From positions 2,170,001-2,234,000 of the forward strand of contig NC_081396.1 in assembly GCF_030684315.1 (NCBI RefSeq): a stretch of 64,000 bases of DNA, read 5' to 3'. Shown here piece after piece: positions 1 to 10,885 of the stretch (position 1 is its first letter; the number at the start of each line of letters is the position of its first letter). The DNA comes from Stegostoma tigrinum (lineage: Eukaryota). Made by a program: the position numbers and the translations under genes. A model generated the notes under the pieces. That model had not been told where the DNA came from. It ran no database searches and worked only from the letters and a program-made list of their open reading frames with translations.

Positions 1-163
1 CTCCTGACTCCTTGCTTAAGCTTATTTTGACTTGCCTTGTCTTCCAAACTTGCTTCATGTGTTCCCAGCCTCCAAGCCTTCATAAATCCTTCAGAACTGA
101 CGCAAGTGAAATTTTTTGGGTGTTATTCTGTACTGAGTGGTCGAGCAGAGCACAAAAGAAGGT

Positions 164-560
164 CGTGAAAGTTAGAAGGCGAAGGAGATCAAAGGAGGCT
201 GAGAACATTTGGATCAGAGATACGGAAAGTTGGTAACAGCAGAAAAGAACATACAAACATGGAGTGCTACCTATGTGTGTGTGTAAGGATGGTTCCAGGC
301 ATAGAGCGGGGGAACCACAACAGAAAGAAAGAGAATTCCAGCAGTGCACAACTTGATGGTCGACAGAAGTTCAGGTGTGAAATGGAAATTGACCGTAGTT
401 CGGGATAAAATATTCCTGACAATGTAAGGGCCTGTGGAAACATAAGCTGGCAGGCTAGTAGTATGTGGGAACGAAATTAGCAGCGATGCAAACCTCATTT
501 CGGTAAAATCACGAGAATAAATATTGAAATGCGAAAGAGAGATGAAACACAAACATCATT
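164..560 (-). mobile_element. Highly decayed L2-like LINE RT fragment, copy-A-specific
   Basis: Minus strand tgtggttcccccgctctatgcctggaacc resembles the CGVPQGSxLGP motif, followed by a degenerate YADDTQL-like stretch. Absent at the homologous site in copy B. Confidence 0.35.
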
Positions 561-1558
561 AAAAACATAGTAAATTAGATAAAGACAATTAAACAGACGC
601 CCCCATTGTGAGCTTGCCATGTTTCAGCACGGTGGTGACGAAGTGAATCTCTTCCCACAGTCCGTGGTGACAAAGTGATTCTCTTCCCACAATCCGTGCA
701 GGTGAAGAGTGCCTTCCTGGGTTGACAGTACCAATGCTATTTCTGCAACAATTTGATTGAATTGAATTGAGTTCATTCCTACATACTTCAACATTTCTCC
801 ACGTTAAGACTGTGTTTCTGTTTCGACAGATCAATCATTTGACTGAAGACTTGTTGAAACAAGAAACGAATGGGCAGTTTCTCACAAATTTGAACGGGGC
901 TTTGTCCTCCCGTGTTCCAAAACAGATGACTTCCAAATAATGATATAATAGGCGACTTCACCTGATCCTGTTGGAACGTTTCGTCAATTTTCAATCGATC
1001 CGTCAATTTCCGATCTTCCCCTTCTTATTAACTGTGAAAATCATTTTAAACAGAAGATCAAAACTTCTGATGTTTTAATATATTTTGCTAGAAGCAACCA
1101 GGAAGTTCTGAACAAAAATAAATTGGCTTTCAACGTTTACACTGCTTTGTCTGATCAGAGGTTGCCAGATCTATTGCGTTTCATATCTCTATTTTTTTCT
1201 GTTTGTTTTATTTTATGAAAATGGGATATTAATACCGATGATGTAGACAGAGGTGAGTAGTGCGCAGAATAGTAAAGCTGGCGCAAAAGAGAGCAATTAA
1301 ATAAAATGAGGCGGGTAAACTGTTGTTGATAGCGATTCAGGGAAGGAAATAAGCTGTTTCGATGAATTGGGGCTACGAATGGCTGAAAATGATCTGGCTC
1401 GATGCTCTGGTGTTTGCCTAAAGCCTTGTCCAGACACACAACGCATGTACAGTTTCGCCCCGCTGAGCATGGTGCTTTTTTCGTCCATTTTCAAAACTGA
1501 TCACATTCCATGAGCGATTCATTGAACAACTCCATCGGTCATAAATCCTAAATCTCTG

Positions 1559-2052
1559 TGTCAAGTTCGTTTTTGGAGACCCTCACGGATTTGCTGCAAT
1601 AACAAGACACTGACCTGTTTAGAAAAACACGAATCATTTTATTACAGAGCAAGTACAAGCTGTGGAGAATCACTGGACTGAACCCGGCACAGAGTGCAGA
1701 GTTTCGCAGGTAATTCTCCTCGAGCAGCGGATAAGTCCCCACTTTTCATACTTTACAAAAGACGTGATACATAAATCGATTTGACAATTTACAATGACAT
1801 GATGCATAAAACAATTACGACAATAGACAAAAACAGGATACCAAGCAATTATTACATCAACAACATAAAAGACCAGGATGCAGTATCGATTGCTCGTGAA
1901 GTAGCTGCCAATGCGAGGAGGCGATTTTGAGTTGTTGTCCGGGACAGGTTGTGATTTCAAGTTGCCAGTGTGTCTGGCTAGTTCAAAGTCAGTGCCCTGG
2001 CCCCTTTGTCAGCGACAGAAGTTACATGCTTTGCAGGTTTCAAACCTTTACA
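1559..2052 (-). repeat. ERV 3' LTR (copy A)
   Basis: Minus strand reads TGTAAAGG...CTTGACA. AATAAA at 1638-1643 (minus). Direct repeat of 6939-7350, 39841-40333 and 45840-46300. The U3-side boundary is uncertain. Confidence 0.88.
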
Positions 2053-3062
2053 AATTGTCGTCATTGTGCTGTTTCCCAGGGCGCAGAGTCCACATATAAG
2101 GTAATTCCGATTTTTTTTTGGGGCCACCACCCCAGGGGAGCCTCCCAAGCTGACAGTTCCCAGGAAGTCGTATTCTCAAGGAAAAGCCCAAGGCAATCGG
2201 GTTCCGCCATGCAGAGCAAGACTCCCATCTCAGGAAGCATGTGACAATTCGCCGTTGAGTTCGTGCTTGTTGGGGACAAGGGACTGTGAGGGGCCCAATG
2301 GTCCCAGCACCAAACGGTGCTGGCAGATTTGGATTAGCATTTGTGAAGGTCCCGTTAAGGAGGAAAACGAATCCCTTTTTTAGCCTAGTAGCAGGTAACA
2401 GACTCACGTATTTCTTGATAGCTCCTCCAGGAGGATTGGCTCTTATATGGATGGAAGCTTGCGGAGTTAAATGGAAATTACCCGTTGTCCTTTTTTTATA
2501 TTGTTGCTATTGCAATCCTCACAAGTCCACTGTATGCCCGGGGTCACAGTTATTGGCTTAGTTTCCAAGCAGGGGTAGTTCAACAATCCTCCTCTCGTGG
2601 TGCAATTTCTGTTTGTGCACCGATGGGGCCAGGAAACATTTTGGGGGTGATTAGTAACTCGAGCATGCACACAACAAGTACCAGATCCATTAAAGCAAAA
2701 CGGATAGCTGTTGGGACTTGAACAGTTAGCCCCGTCCTTCTCATGCCCAGGTCTCGTGTCCCCACAACCAGAGAGACCACTAACGACCAGTTTCACACAT
2801 GTACCCTGCACACCCCTCGTCCAAGTTCCCCTCTCCCTTCTGCAAGGCTTACTGGAATACTCTCCTTCATAAAACTGACTAGAGTTCCAGGCAGGTGTTG
2901 CAACAAATACCACTTCTACGGACGTGCTATTGGGTAATATGCTGTCCGATTCCCGTGCAGCTGGACGTGTGTTCTATAAAACAGATTGTTCTGCTGGCCA
3001 TGCATGGGCAGAATAACATTCAGTCCAAAGGTTAACCGCACGCTGATGAGGAAATCCATCAT
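2053..3062 (-). pseudogene. env: ERV env remnant (signal peptide + SU, TM missing), frameshifted
   Basis: Cys-rich frames with N-glycosylation sequons (NSS, NCS, NVS, NCT, NGT) between integrase and the 3' LTR; basic RTQRR furin-like site near 2250-2265. Confidence 0.7.
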
Positions 3063-3098
3063 TTACAGTCACTTAGGCGGATCTAGCTATTCTGTCCG

Positions 3099-4700
3099 TC
3101 ATCTTGAAGAGCGGTTGGAGTCTGAAGAAGCACATTGGGACAGTCCTTTCCACCTTGGTCCAAGCTTGGAACGACCCCAGTCCCAGACAAGTACAAAATC
3201 TCCGATCTGCGGCCACAAAGATTGATCCTGAATCTCGAGGTATTGTTCCGGTGTCTGTGGAGGTGGTCTGAAGGTGCATTTCACCTGCGAATGGAGAAAC
3301 TTTAAAGATGATGTTAGTTGTCGGAAGTATCTTTGCACTTCTTCTCCCATCACATTGAGGTTAATTTGGGTGGGTGGGCTGACATTGGCCTCCCATGGTG
3401 TTCTGCTGGGTCGGCCATAGACTATTTCCGCTGCTGAGAACCCGGTAGTAGAGTGGTGTGCTATTCGCATGTGATACAAGGCTCGTGGAAAATCCTTTAA
3501 CCAATTCAGGCCGGTTTCTGATGTCGACGAGGTCAGTTTAGTTTTAATTGTTCCATTAGCTCTTTCCACTATCCCTGCTGCCCGAGGGTGGGAGGCACAG
3601 TCGAATTGTTGTTGGATGAGTAATGTATCACATAGTTCCTGATTAATTTTTCCGACAAAGTGAGGGCCGTTGTCCCAACTAATTTGTTGCGGTACTCCAA
3701 ACCTTGCTATTACTTCGGTAAACAACAGTTTTACAACTGTTGAGGCTTTGTTGTTTGTCATTGGTAAAGCCTCTGTCCATCTCCTGAATACATCTGCAAG
3801 GACAAGACAATATTTATAACAGTTTACGCGCGGCAGTTCAATAAAATCTAGCTGAATGCATTCAAAAGGTTCACCTGCAAGGGTGATTTTCAACGTGAGG
3901 ATCTCACCCCCTGACCCACATTGTTTTGCTGGCATGTGGGACAAGATACTCTCCGAGATTGTGCTGCCTCAGTCAGTCTGGGGTTCCAGCAGTACGGAGC
4001 ATAATACCACTCATTCCATCCTAGACAAGGTGGGTGTCAGAATGCAGACAGTCAACAAGCATAGGTAATAAAGTATCAGATACACACACTTGGCCGACTG
4101 GGGTAACCCAAACGCCAGCGGACGCAAAATGCAAATATCCATGCGCCTTCCAAATATTCTTTTCAGAAGCAGGGGCATCCCCCTGTAAGTGCCAAACAGT
4201 GACCATATCTGACATGACCGTCTTGTCTGAAGTCGTGTGATGTACCACCAGCTTATTCATAGAGAATATAATAAAGGTTTGGTCTGCAGCAGACTGTTTA
4301 GTAGCCCGATCTGCGCGAGCGTTGCCCCAAGTGACTCTAGAATCAACAAAGGCATGGGCCGTGCATTTGATCATAGCCAATTGTTTCGGGAGGAGGATTG
4401 CCTGAAGGTTTTTAACAGACAGGGAATTGTGGATGGGTGTACCTGACGACGTTACAAATCCACACTGGGTCCGGAGAGGGGAGTGGGGCATCAGAAAGGT
4501 CCGGGCAGGGAGAGGTCAGGAATTGGTTCCTCAGCAGGCAGTCATGTGGACGTTCGCTCAGAAATGCTGCTGGGTTAATAGTGGAGCAGGAAGCGATAAG
4601 GAACAAATCGCCGGGAGAATCTGGGAACAAGGAGGATAATGCCTGAGCTACAGTGTCTAGACGAGTGGAGTATTCGGCAACTAGTTGTTATAATTCAAGT
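3099..4700 (-). pseudogene. pol: ERV pol remnant: connection/RNase H + integrase
   Basis: VAEYSTRLDTVAQ; GFVTSSGTPI...IKCTAH...GNARAD (RNase H); HSDTH; QLDF...SWDNG-...-GIVE with exact D-X35-E spacing in the 281-codon frame 3099-3944. Confidence 0.92.
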
Positions 4701-5311
4701 TTAAAGGGCCTATTGTCACCCTATCAGTGTCGGTATGATGTCTGTGCGTGTGTAAGTGATGGGAGGACCACAAGGTGTAGGACAGCCTCAATACCCACTC
4801 CACAAGATGATTGCTATCAGATAGGAGTAAGGGCAACAGGGTGAGTACACAGGAGGAACCTCTGCTCTGTGTCGTGTCTCATTTGCACAGTGTCACAATA
4901 TCCCATTTACCAAACTGAACCAGGGAGGCAGTATGGGCACTAACATTGCAATGGTGTCCGGAACGTAGAGAGACAGGGGCAGGAGGGGAAGAAAACTCTC
5001 GTTTGTTGAAAAAATTACCAAGCAAGAGTTGGATTTATACATGCCCAAAATAAATTAACCAAATTTACCATACACAAAAATCAGAAATTCTTGGGTAAAA
5101 AAATTAATTAATGTTGCAGGTGGGCCCTAGGACCCAGCGGAGCCACAGCTGTCGGAGAAACCTCAAGTTTCAGGACGTATCGATAACCTGGAGATGTGGT
5201 TGTGAATTTCAAAACAGTCGCGTGTGCCATTGATAGAACGGCGCTATCCTGCCTTAAAGCACGGGCGGGGGGCAGAATTTCATGGTGCTGCAGATCTCGA
5301 ATGGTTTCTGG

Positions 5312-6204
5312 TACAGTAAACAGGTGTTGGTGGGTCGAGTAGGCTGGAACCGAGACTTATGTTTTCCCGGGCTTCTCTTATGGGTTTTAAAAGGATCCTG
5401 TCGTCCCTCTTTTTGTTCACGACCGGTCTGGTCTGCGTCATGTTTGTCTGTTCAGTTTTGGATCGGGTACGACAGGAGATAGGGTCTGCACAAGTTTGTC
5501 GGGGGATTCATGTGGGCTGACTACTGAAGGGCTTGGGGATTCTATAGGAGGTTTGGTTTGGTCAGCGTACGGCGGCGGTTGCTGGGACTGATGGCAGTGT
5601 TGGGGTGCCTGCAGATGTAGATTGGCCAAGGGCGGTTAGGATTGTGGAGGGTGTAGTGGTCCCGATGGGAAAGAGGGGTCCTTCCTCAGGCGTCCTCGTC
5701 TTGTTCATCTGTGTCATAAATTTGGAACAAGATCGGCATGCCAGATATGTCAGGAGGTACCTCCATTTTTATTTTGTTTTCTGCCTACCGCTCTAGCCCC
5801 CGTTCTTTGTCTCGTTGTTCTTTCTCCTGCCTTTCTTGGGTAACACTTTCCCTTTCATTATCTCATGATCCTCACACTGCAGTTTTAAAGTTTCCCCTCA
5901 TCATCACAGGCACTGATCCCTCTCCAAATGGCCAGTTTTGATTTGTCAGTCAGCTCCTCAGCTCTCTTTCCCAAAAATGACATTAACCCTTTCCATCTCC
6001 TCCCTGTATGGCATGTCCATCGTGCTTCTTCTGCTTTAGTACATAAATCTATATCCCACGTTGCCCCCATTGGCCAATTATCATTTCCCAATTTTTTGTA
6101 TAAGCATGCTGACAGACGTCTGTACTCTACTTCATTTTTGGGGTCATCCTGGCATAACCGATGTAAAGGACTGCCGACACACTACTTATCCAGTGTTTGT
6201 CCAA
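5312..6204 (-). pseudogene. gag: ERV gag 5' remnant (MA and Pro-rich region), copy A
   Basis: NWPMGATWDIDLC resembles the class I MA WPxxGTFD motif; a Pro-rich segment follows; CA is removed by a ~700-bp deletion relative to copy B. Confidence 0.75.
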
Positions 6205-6479
6205 TTTTTGCCTTTTGCTGTTCTTTTTTATTTCTTAGCACTTTCACTTTTTACTATCTCTATATACTGCAGCAGAGTCCTTAGTCTCAACACCCACTTC
6301 AGTGTCCTGACCTACACGTGGAGTATTTGTCCTCTTAACAACTGGTCTAAGCCAGGGTGGTTGAAACAGACAGACACTGTAACTACTCTATACCTCCGTC
6401 TTCTACTAACCCCACTCCCTTTTCCCTCTTGCCCGACACAGGGTTTCACCACCCCCCCACCCCCCGACCCCGGTCACCA

Positions 6480-6715
6480 GGGGAAATCTATCCTCCGGGA
6501 TTTTAAAAATTACCAGTTATCTGACGTGAGGACTCTAACCCCGGCCACCGGGGGATTCTAACCTCCCGGATTTATTTACTCAGTTATCTGCCCTGGGGGC
6601 TCTAACCCCGGCCACTCGGAGACTCTAACCTCCCGGATTTCTTGAAACAGTTCCACCGGGGTCTCGAACCTCCCGGATTTCTTTACTCACCTGGGGACTC
6701 GAACTTCCAGGCTTT
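6480..6715 (-). repeat. Degenerate tandem repeats in the ERV 5' leader
   Basis: Repeated ctc(t/g)aacc(t/c)cccggattt / ccggccac units; minus-strand splice donor aggtgagtaaa near 6682-6692. Confidence 0.75.
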
Positions 6716-6918
6716 ACTGATTTAGCAGTCATCCAAGACCATGAGTTGTCTCGGGTTCCATCAGTACAGAGCCACGCAGGGGCAAGGAGTCGCACGGGTG
6801 GCAGGTTAGTGAGAGAGACCAAGGTGAATCGTACCTTGCGGGCCCATCCGTCTCACTGCACCGACACGCGAACGATCACTTACTCAGCCCTCCACCTGAT
6901 ACTGCAGGACATGTTGGA

Positions 6919-6936
6919 ACCCTGCTCGTTGCGCCA
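6919..6936 (-). promoter_or_regulatory. Primer-binding site complementary to tRNA-Ser(UGA)
   Basis: Plus strand accctgctcgttgcgcca matches the vertebrate tRNA-Ser(TGA) 3' end ACCCTGCTCGCTGCGCCA at 17/18 and lies 2 nt from the LTR CA end. Confidence 0.88.
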
Positions 6937-6938
6937 AA

Positions 6939-7350
6939 TGTCAAGTTCGTTTTCGGAGACCCTCATGGACTTGCTGCAAAAACAAGACACTGACCTGTTT
7001 AGAAAAAAACACAAATCATTTTATTACCAAGCAAGTACCAGCTGTGGAGAATCACTGTACTTCACCCGGCACAGGGTGCAGAGTCTCGCAAATAATTCTC
7101 CCTGACTAGCGGACAGTCCCCGCTTTTCATACTTTACAAAAGACATGATACATAAAACAATCACGACAACAGACAAAAACAGGATACCAAACAATTATTA
7201 CATCAACAACATAAAAGACCAGGATACAGTATCGATTGCTCATGAAGTAGCTGCTAATGGCAGGAGGCGATTTCGAGTTGTTGTCGGGGACAGATTGTGA
7301 TTTCAAGTTGCCAGTGTGTCTGGCTAGTACAAAGTCAGTGCCCTGTCCCC
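6939..7350 (-). repeat. ERV 5' LTR (copy A), truncated by a deletion
   Basis: Homologous to 45840-46252; the junction at 7350/7351 jumps to the equivalent of 47576. Confidence 0.88.
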
Positions 7351-8319
7351 AATGATATTGAACTGTTGGCGAAATTCAGCATGAATCTGTAGAACACCTT
7401 TCAAAGGACAGTCATTGGAATTGGAACATTTCATGTTTCTGTCTTTATTATCCTGCCATTGTCGTTGTTCTCTCCAACATCTCTTGGTTTAATAAACGTC
7501 TGGAATGATTCCTGGTTATTTATATGATAGAAACTAAGCGCAGCCGAATCTTTCTGCTATGGATTGGGATTACCTTTAAAACACTTAAAATCACAAGGAT
7601 TTCATTATTATAACCAGAACAAGTTTTAGCAGGGGTTTAACGAGAACATTAAGAAAGACTAAGCAAAGTTACAAATTGTAAAGAAAAAAAACAGACATGA
7701 GGGCATTCACATTAGATCAAATACCATTAATTAGTGATAAAGAGAGGAATGAGGCTCCTTCAGAATGAACAGCGACTGCCACAATCATTGGTCCCGACTG
7801 CAGAGGTGGAGAGCAATGATGTTTCACTGGACTGACCGTTGGACTGGTCGGATTGTCCCGAGGGAGGTCACGGGCTCTACTCTCTGCAGTTTAAAAAAGC
7901 GGGGAATGAACGCATCACACAGAGAAATTCTCTCTCGGGTTCAACTGAAACAATCGTCAGAAAAGGCTGTTGCAGAAATTCTTTCTTTATCTCTGTGAGA
8001 AATTTTGTTTGTCATCTAAGTATTCTCACTGGACTATATCATCTTTTAATCCAGTCCTCAGTTCCAAGACTGAATGAAGCCACCAGGTCAGCTGTTCATT
8101 TTTCTTGATCAGACGTTTGACCAAGTTCCCACGAGCTGCTCAGCAGTAAGTCATCACCAGCAAGTTTGAAGTAACGTAAGGATGGGGCATGGCAGGAGAA
8201 AGAGAAAGTGGTTGTGGGGATCGTGGATTCAGAGAGGTTGGTATCGGTTATTCTAGCATGACAGATCCACATTCTTTGTGAAACGAATTTCTCAAATAGA
8301 ATCGCTTAAGGATGGCTGC

Positions 8320-8605
8320 AGGGATCACTGACAGAACACGTCGCCATCTTCAGCCCCATTGCTGCGTATTGGGAAAATGTGGGAGTGGTTTGCAAAACCA
8401 GCTGACAGAGCTGGTGAAATGACATACCACTGCAAAAACCTGAACATGGAGGGGTTTACTGCAAACTGATTGAGCTCTTCAAATACCTCAGCATCGTGGA
8501 ATTGCTGAGTGTGACACCGAGCACAGAAGGATTTGAAAATAAAACTGAGCGGAATGGGAATGAAAACCACAGTGACTAGGAGTACGTATATGTTATGCAA
8601 AAAGC
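8320..8605 (+). pseudogene. Decayed Ig/TCR V-like segment with RSS (copy A)
   Basis: Fragments SLT..SPSS..LRIG/ENVGVVCKTS, EGFTA..SSSNT and tga-gcg-gaa-tgg (C>stop, A, E, W); then cacagtg (8568-8574), 22 nt, gcaaaaagc (8597-8605). Confidence 0.5.
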
Positions 8606-9109
8606 TGACCATCCTGAGGATTACATACACAGTGATACAGAGCACAGAGAAGGAGCTAAACGAAATCATAGTTTCAGACGTTTGTCGAGCTTGACTCTGA
8701 GCCCAAGGTTGGGGTGGGATAAGAAGGATGATTTGTCGCCATGATCTGCTCAATTAAATGGTATTTATAAATTTTATCAATGCAGACCTTATGGAGGAAA
8801 TATGTTGTTCACTGGAAGAATCCTAGTCATCACATAACCCAGCGTTTGTGTAACCTGCTGCATCGTTGCACACTGTCCCTGGAAAATCAATCAGTCAAGG
8901 AGATCGCATGCTTTATTTGGCACAAAAGGTGGATTCATCAATAACTTGTGTCTTCTAATACGACAAGTATTGTAAGAGGGAAAGTGTGTGTTTGGACTAT
9001 AGCAAACCGCAAGGGTCAGGGACTGATTAATTTCCACATTCATTGGGGTCAGGGAGGTCGTGGACATGCAAAGTGAATAACATGCCTCAGTGTTGTATGT
9101 GCATGTACA

Positions 9110-10885
9110 ATATACAAAAGTACAAAACAGAATGGGCCTTTCGGCCCACGACGTTGCATCAAACATAACTCAAAATGAAACATTCATTTCTCCCGACCAC
9201 TGGTCGACATCGCTCCATTCAATGCATGTTCAAATGCTAATCAAACAAAATCCCCTGGTTGTCATTACATTATCTGTCTCATCTACCACCCCTGGTATTG
9301 TGTTCCAGACTCCTATAACCCTCAAAGAAAATGCCTCTCGCATCTGCATTGAACTCTCTCCTCTCATCTCAATGCCTCCCGGTGTTATATATTTTAACTC
9401 TGAGAAATAGATTCTGGTCTTCAACCTGATCTATGCATCTCATAATTTTGAAGACTTTTATCGAGTCGCCCCTCAAGATTCTGCACTCAAGAGAAATCAA
9501 GCCCAGTTTGCTCTAGCTTCTCCTTATTACTCATTCTCTCTCATGCAATAGCATCATGGTGAGCCTCTTCTGCACTCTCTGCAAAGCATGCACACCCGGT
9601 CTGCAATGTGAACACGAGAATAGAATGCAATAAGCGCCCAAAACAATGCCTTACAAAGTTGCAACATGTCATCCTGACTCTTGGATCAATTTCCCAGACC
9701 AATAAAGGCAAGCATGCCACGTACCTTCTTTACCACCATATCTATTTGCGTGGCCACTTTTCGCAGGCGAGAAACTTGAAATCCAAGTTCGTTCTGTAGA
9801 CAAACGTTGTTCAGAGTCCTGCCACTAACTGTGTACTATTCCTCAACATTTGTTCTTACAAACTACAAAACTTCACATCCACCAGATAAAACTCCATTTG
9901 CCATTTCCCTTCCCAAATCTGCAAATGATATATATTCTGCTGAATCCTTTGACAAATTCTACACTGTACACAATTCCAACGGTCTTTGTATTACGTGCAA
10001 ACTGACGAACCCACACCCACCATTAGTTTCGTCTCAGTTCGTTAGCTAATACATTTATGTACATAATATATAACTCATACAATACATCTACATTTAAATC
10101 TAAGTCATTTAAATATATTACAAACAGCAGATGTCCCACTGTGGATCACCACACAATACTAATCGTCACTGGCCTCCAAACTGAAAAATATTCTTCCAAA
10201 TCTACACTGCCCTGACAATGGGCAAGCCTATTGCGAATTCAAGTGAACGTTCATCTGAATTTCCTTTACAACAACTGCATGAGTGACCTTTTTGATAGAC
10301 TTAACAAAATCCATGCTCCATCCACTGCTCTAACTTTATCGATCACCTTTGTCACCTCTTCGAAAAAATCACTTCAGATGTGACCTGCCCTGCCCAAAGT
10401 CATGCTGATTGCCCCTAATTCCACCATTTTTTTTTTGCCAAATGTGTTTAAGCCCTATCCGTTAGAATTTTCTCCAATATCTTTTCAACCACCAATGTGA
10501 GACACTCTGGTCTGCAGTTTCCGGGATTATCTTTCAACCATTCTATGACAGAGAACCAATATTAGCTCATCTCCAGTAATATGGGGCCTCTCCATTGGCT
10601 ATCAAGTATACACCGATCGTAGTTTAGGTCCCTGAAATCTGTTTTTGCCTCTTTAACAGTCTGCAGCAGATATTGTTGGACCCTGGGGACTTAACTAACT
10701 TACAGCTCTTCAAGATAATCAACACCACATCTTTCTTGATCACAAAATGTCCTGGCATAGGAGTATGTTTCACACTCTCAATGTCCTTCTCCTGGATGAA
10801 TACGGATGCAAAGCACATATTTATGATCTCACCCAAATTCTCTGTCTCCGTACGCAACTTCCGTCTTTTATCCTTGAGTGGTGTT
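9110..10885 (-). mobile_element. CR1/HER1-like LINE, 5'-truncated and decayed
   Basis: 3' tail gggcctttcggcccac; minus-strand FSLRVIGVWNTIPGVV, LVKSPG and CFASVF motifs of CR1 ORF2. Confidence 0.85.

Larger units (their letters stand above)
1559..7350 (-). mobile_element. Endogenous retrovirus (class I, gamma/epsilon-like), defective provirus, copy A
   Basis: Two LTRs, a PBS, gag MA remnant, RNase H, DD35E integrase and env fragment, in retroviral order on the minus strand. Confidence 0.93.

Noticed and set aside
6480-6715. Repeat-spacer-like pattern resembling a CRISPR array
   Set aside because: Units are degenerate, intervals are irregular and related to each other, there are no cas genes, and the context is a eukaryotic ERV leader.
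8325-8753. Minus-strand ORF with LQWYV...AEDGDVFC resembling a V domain
   Set aside because: W-to-C spacing is far too short, there is no RSS on that strand, and the + strand interpretation has RSS support.
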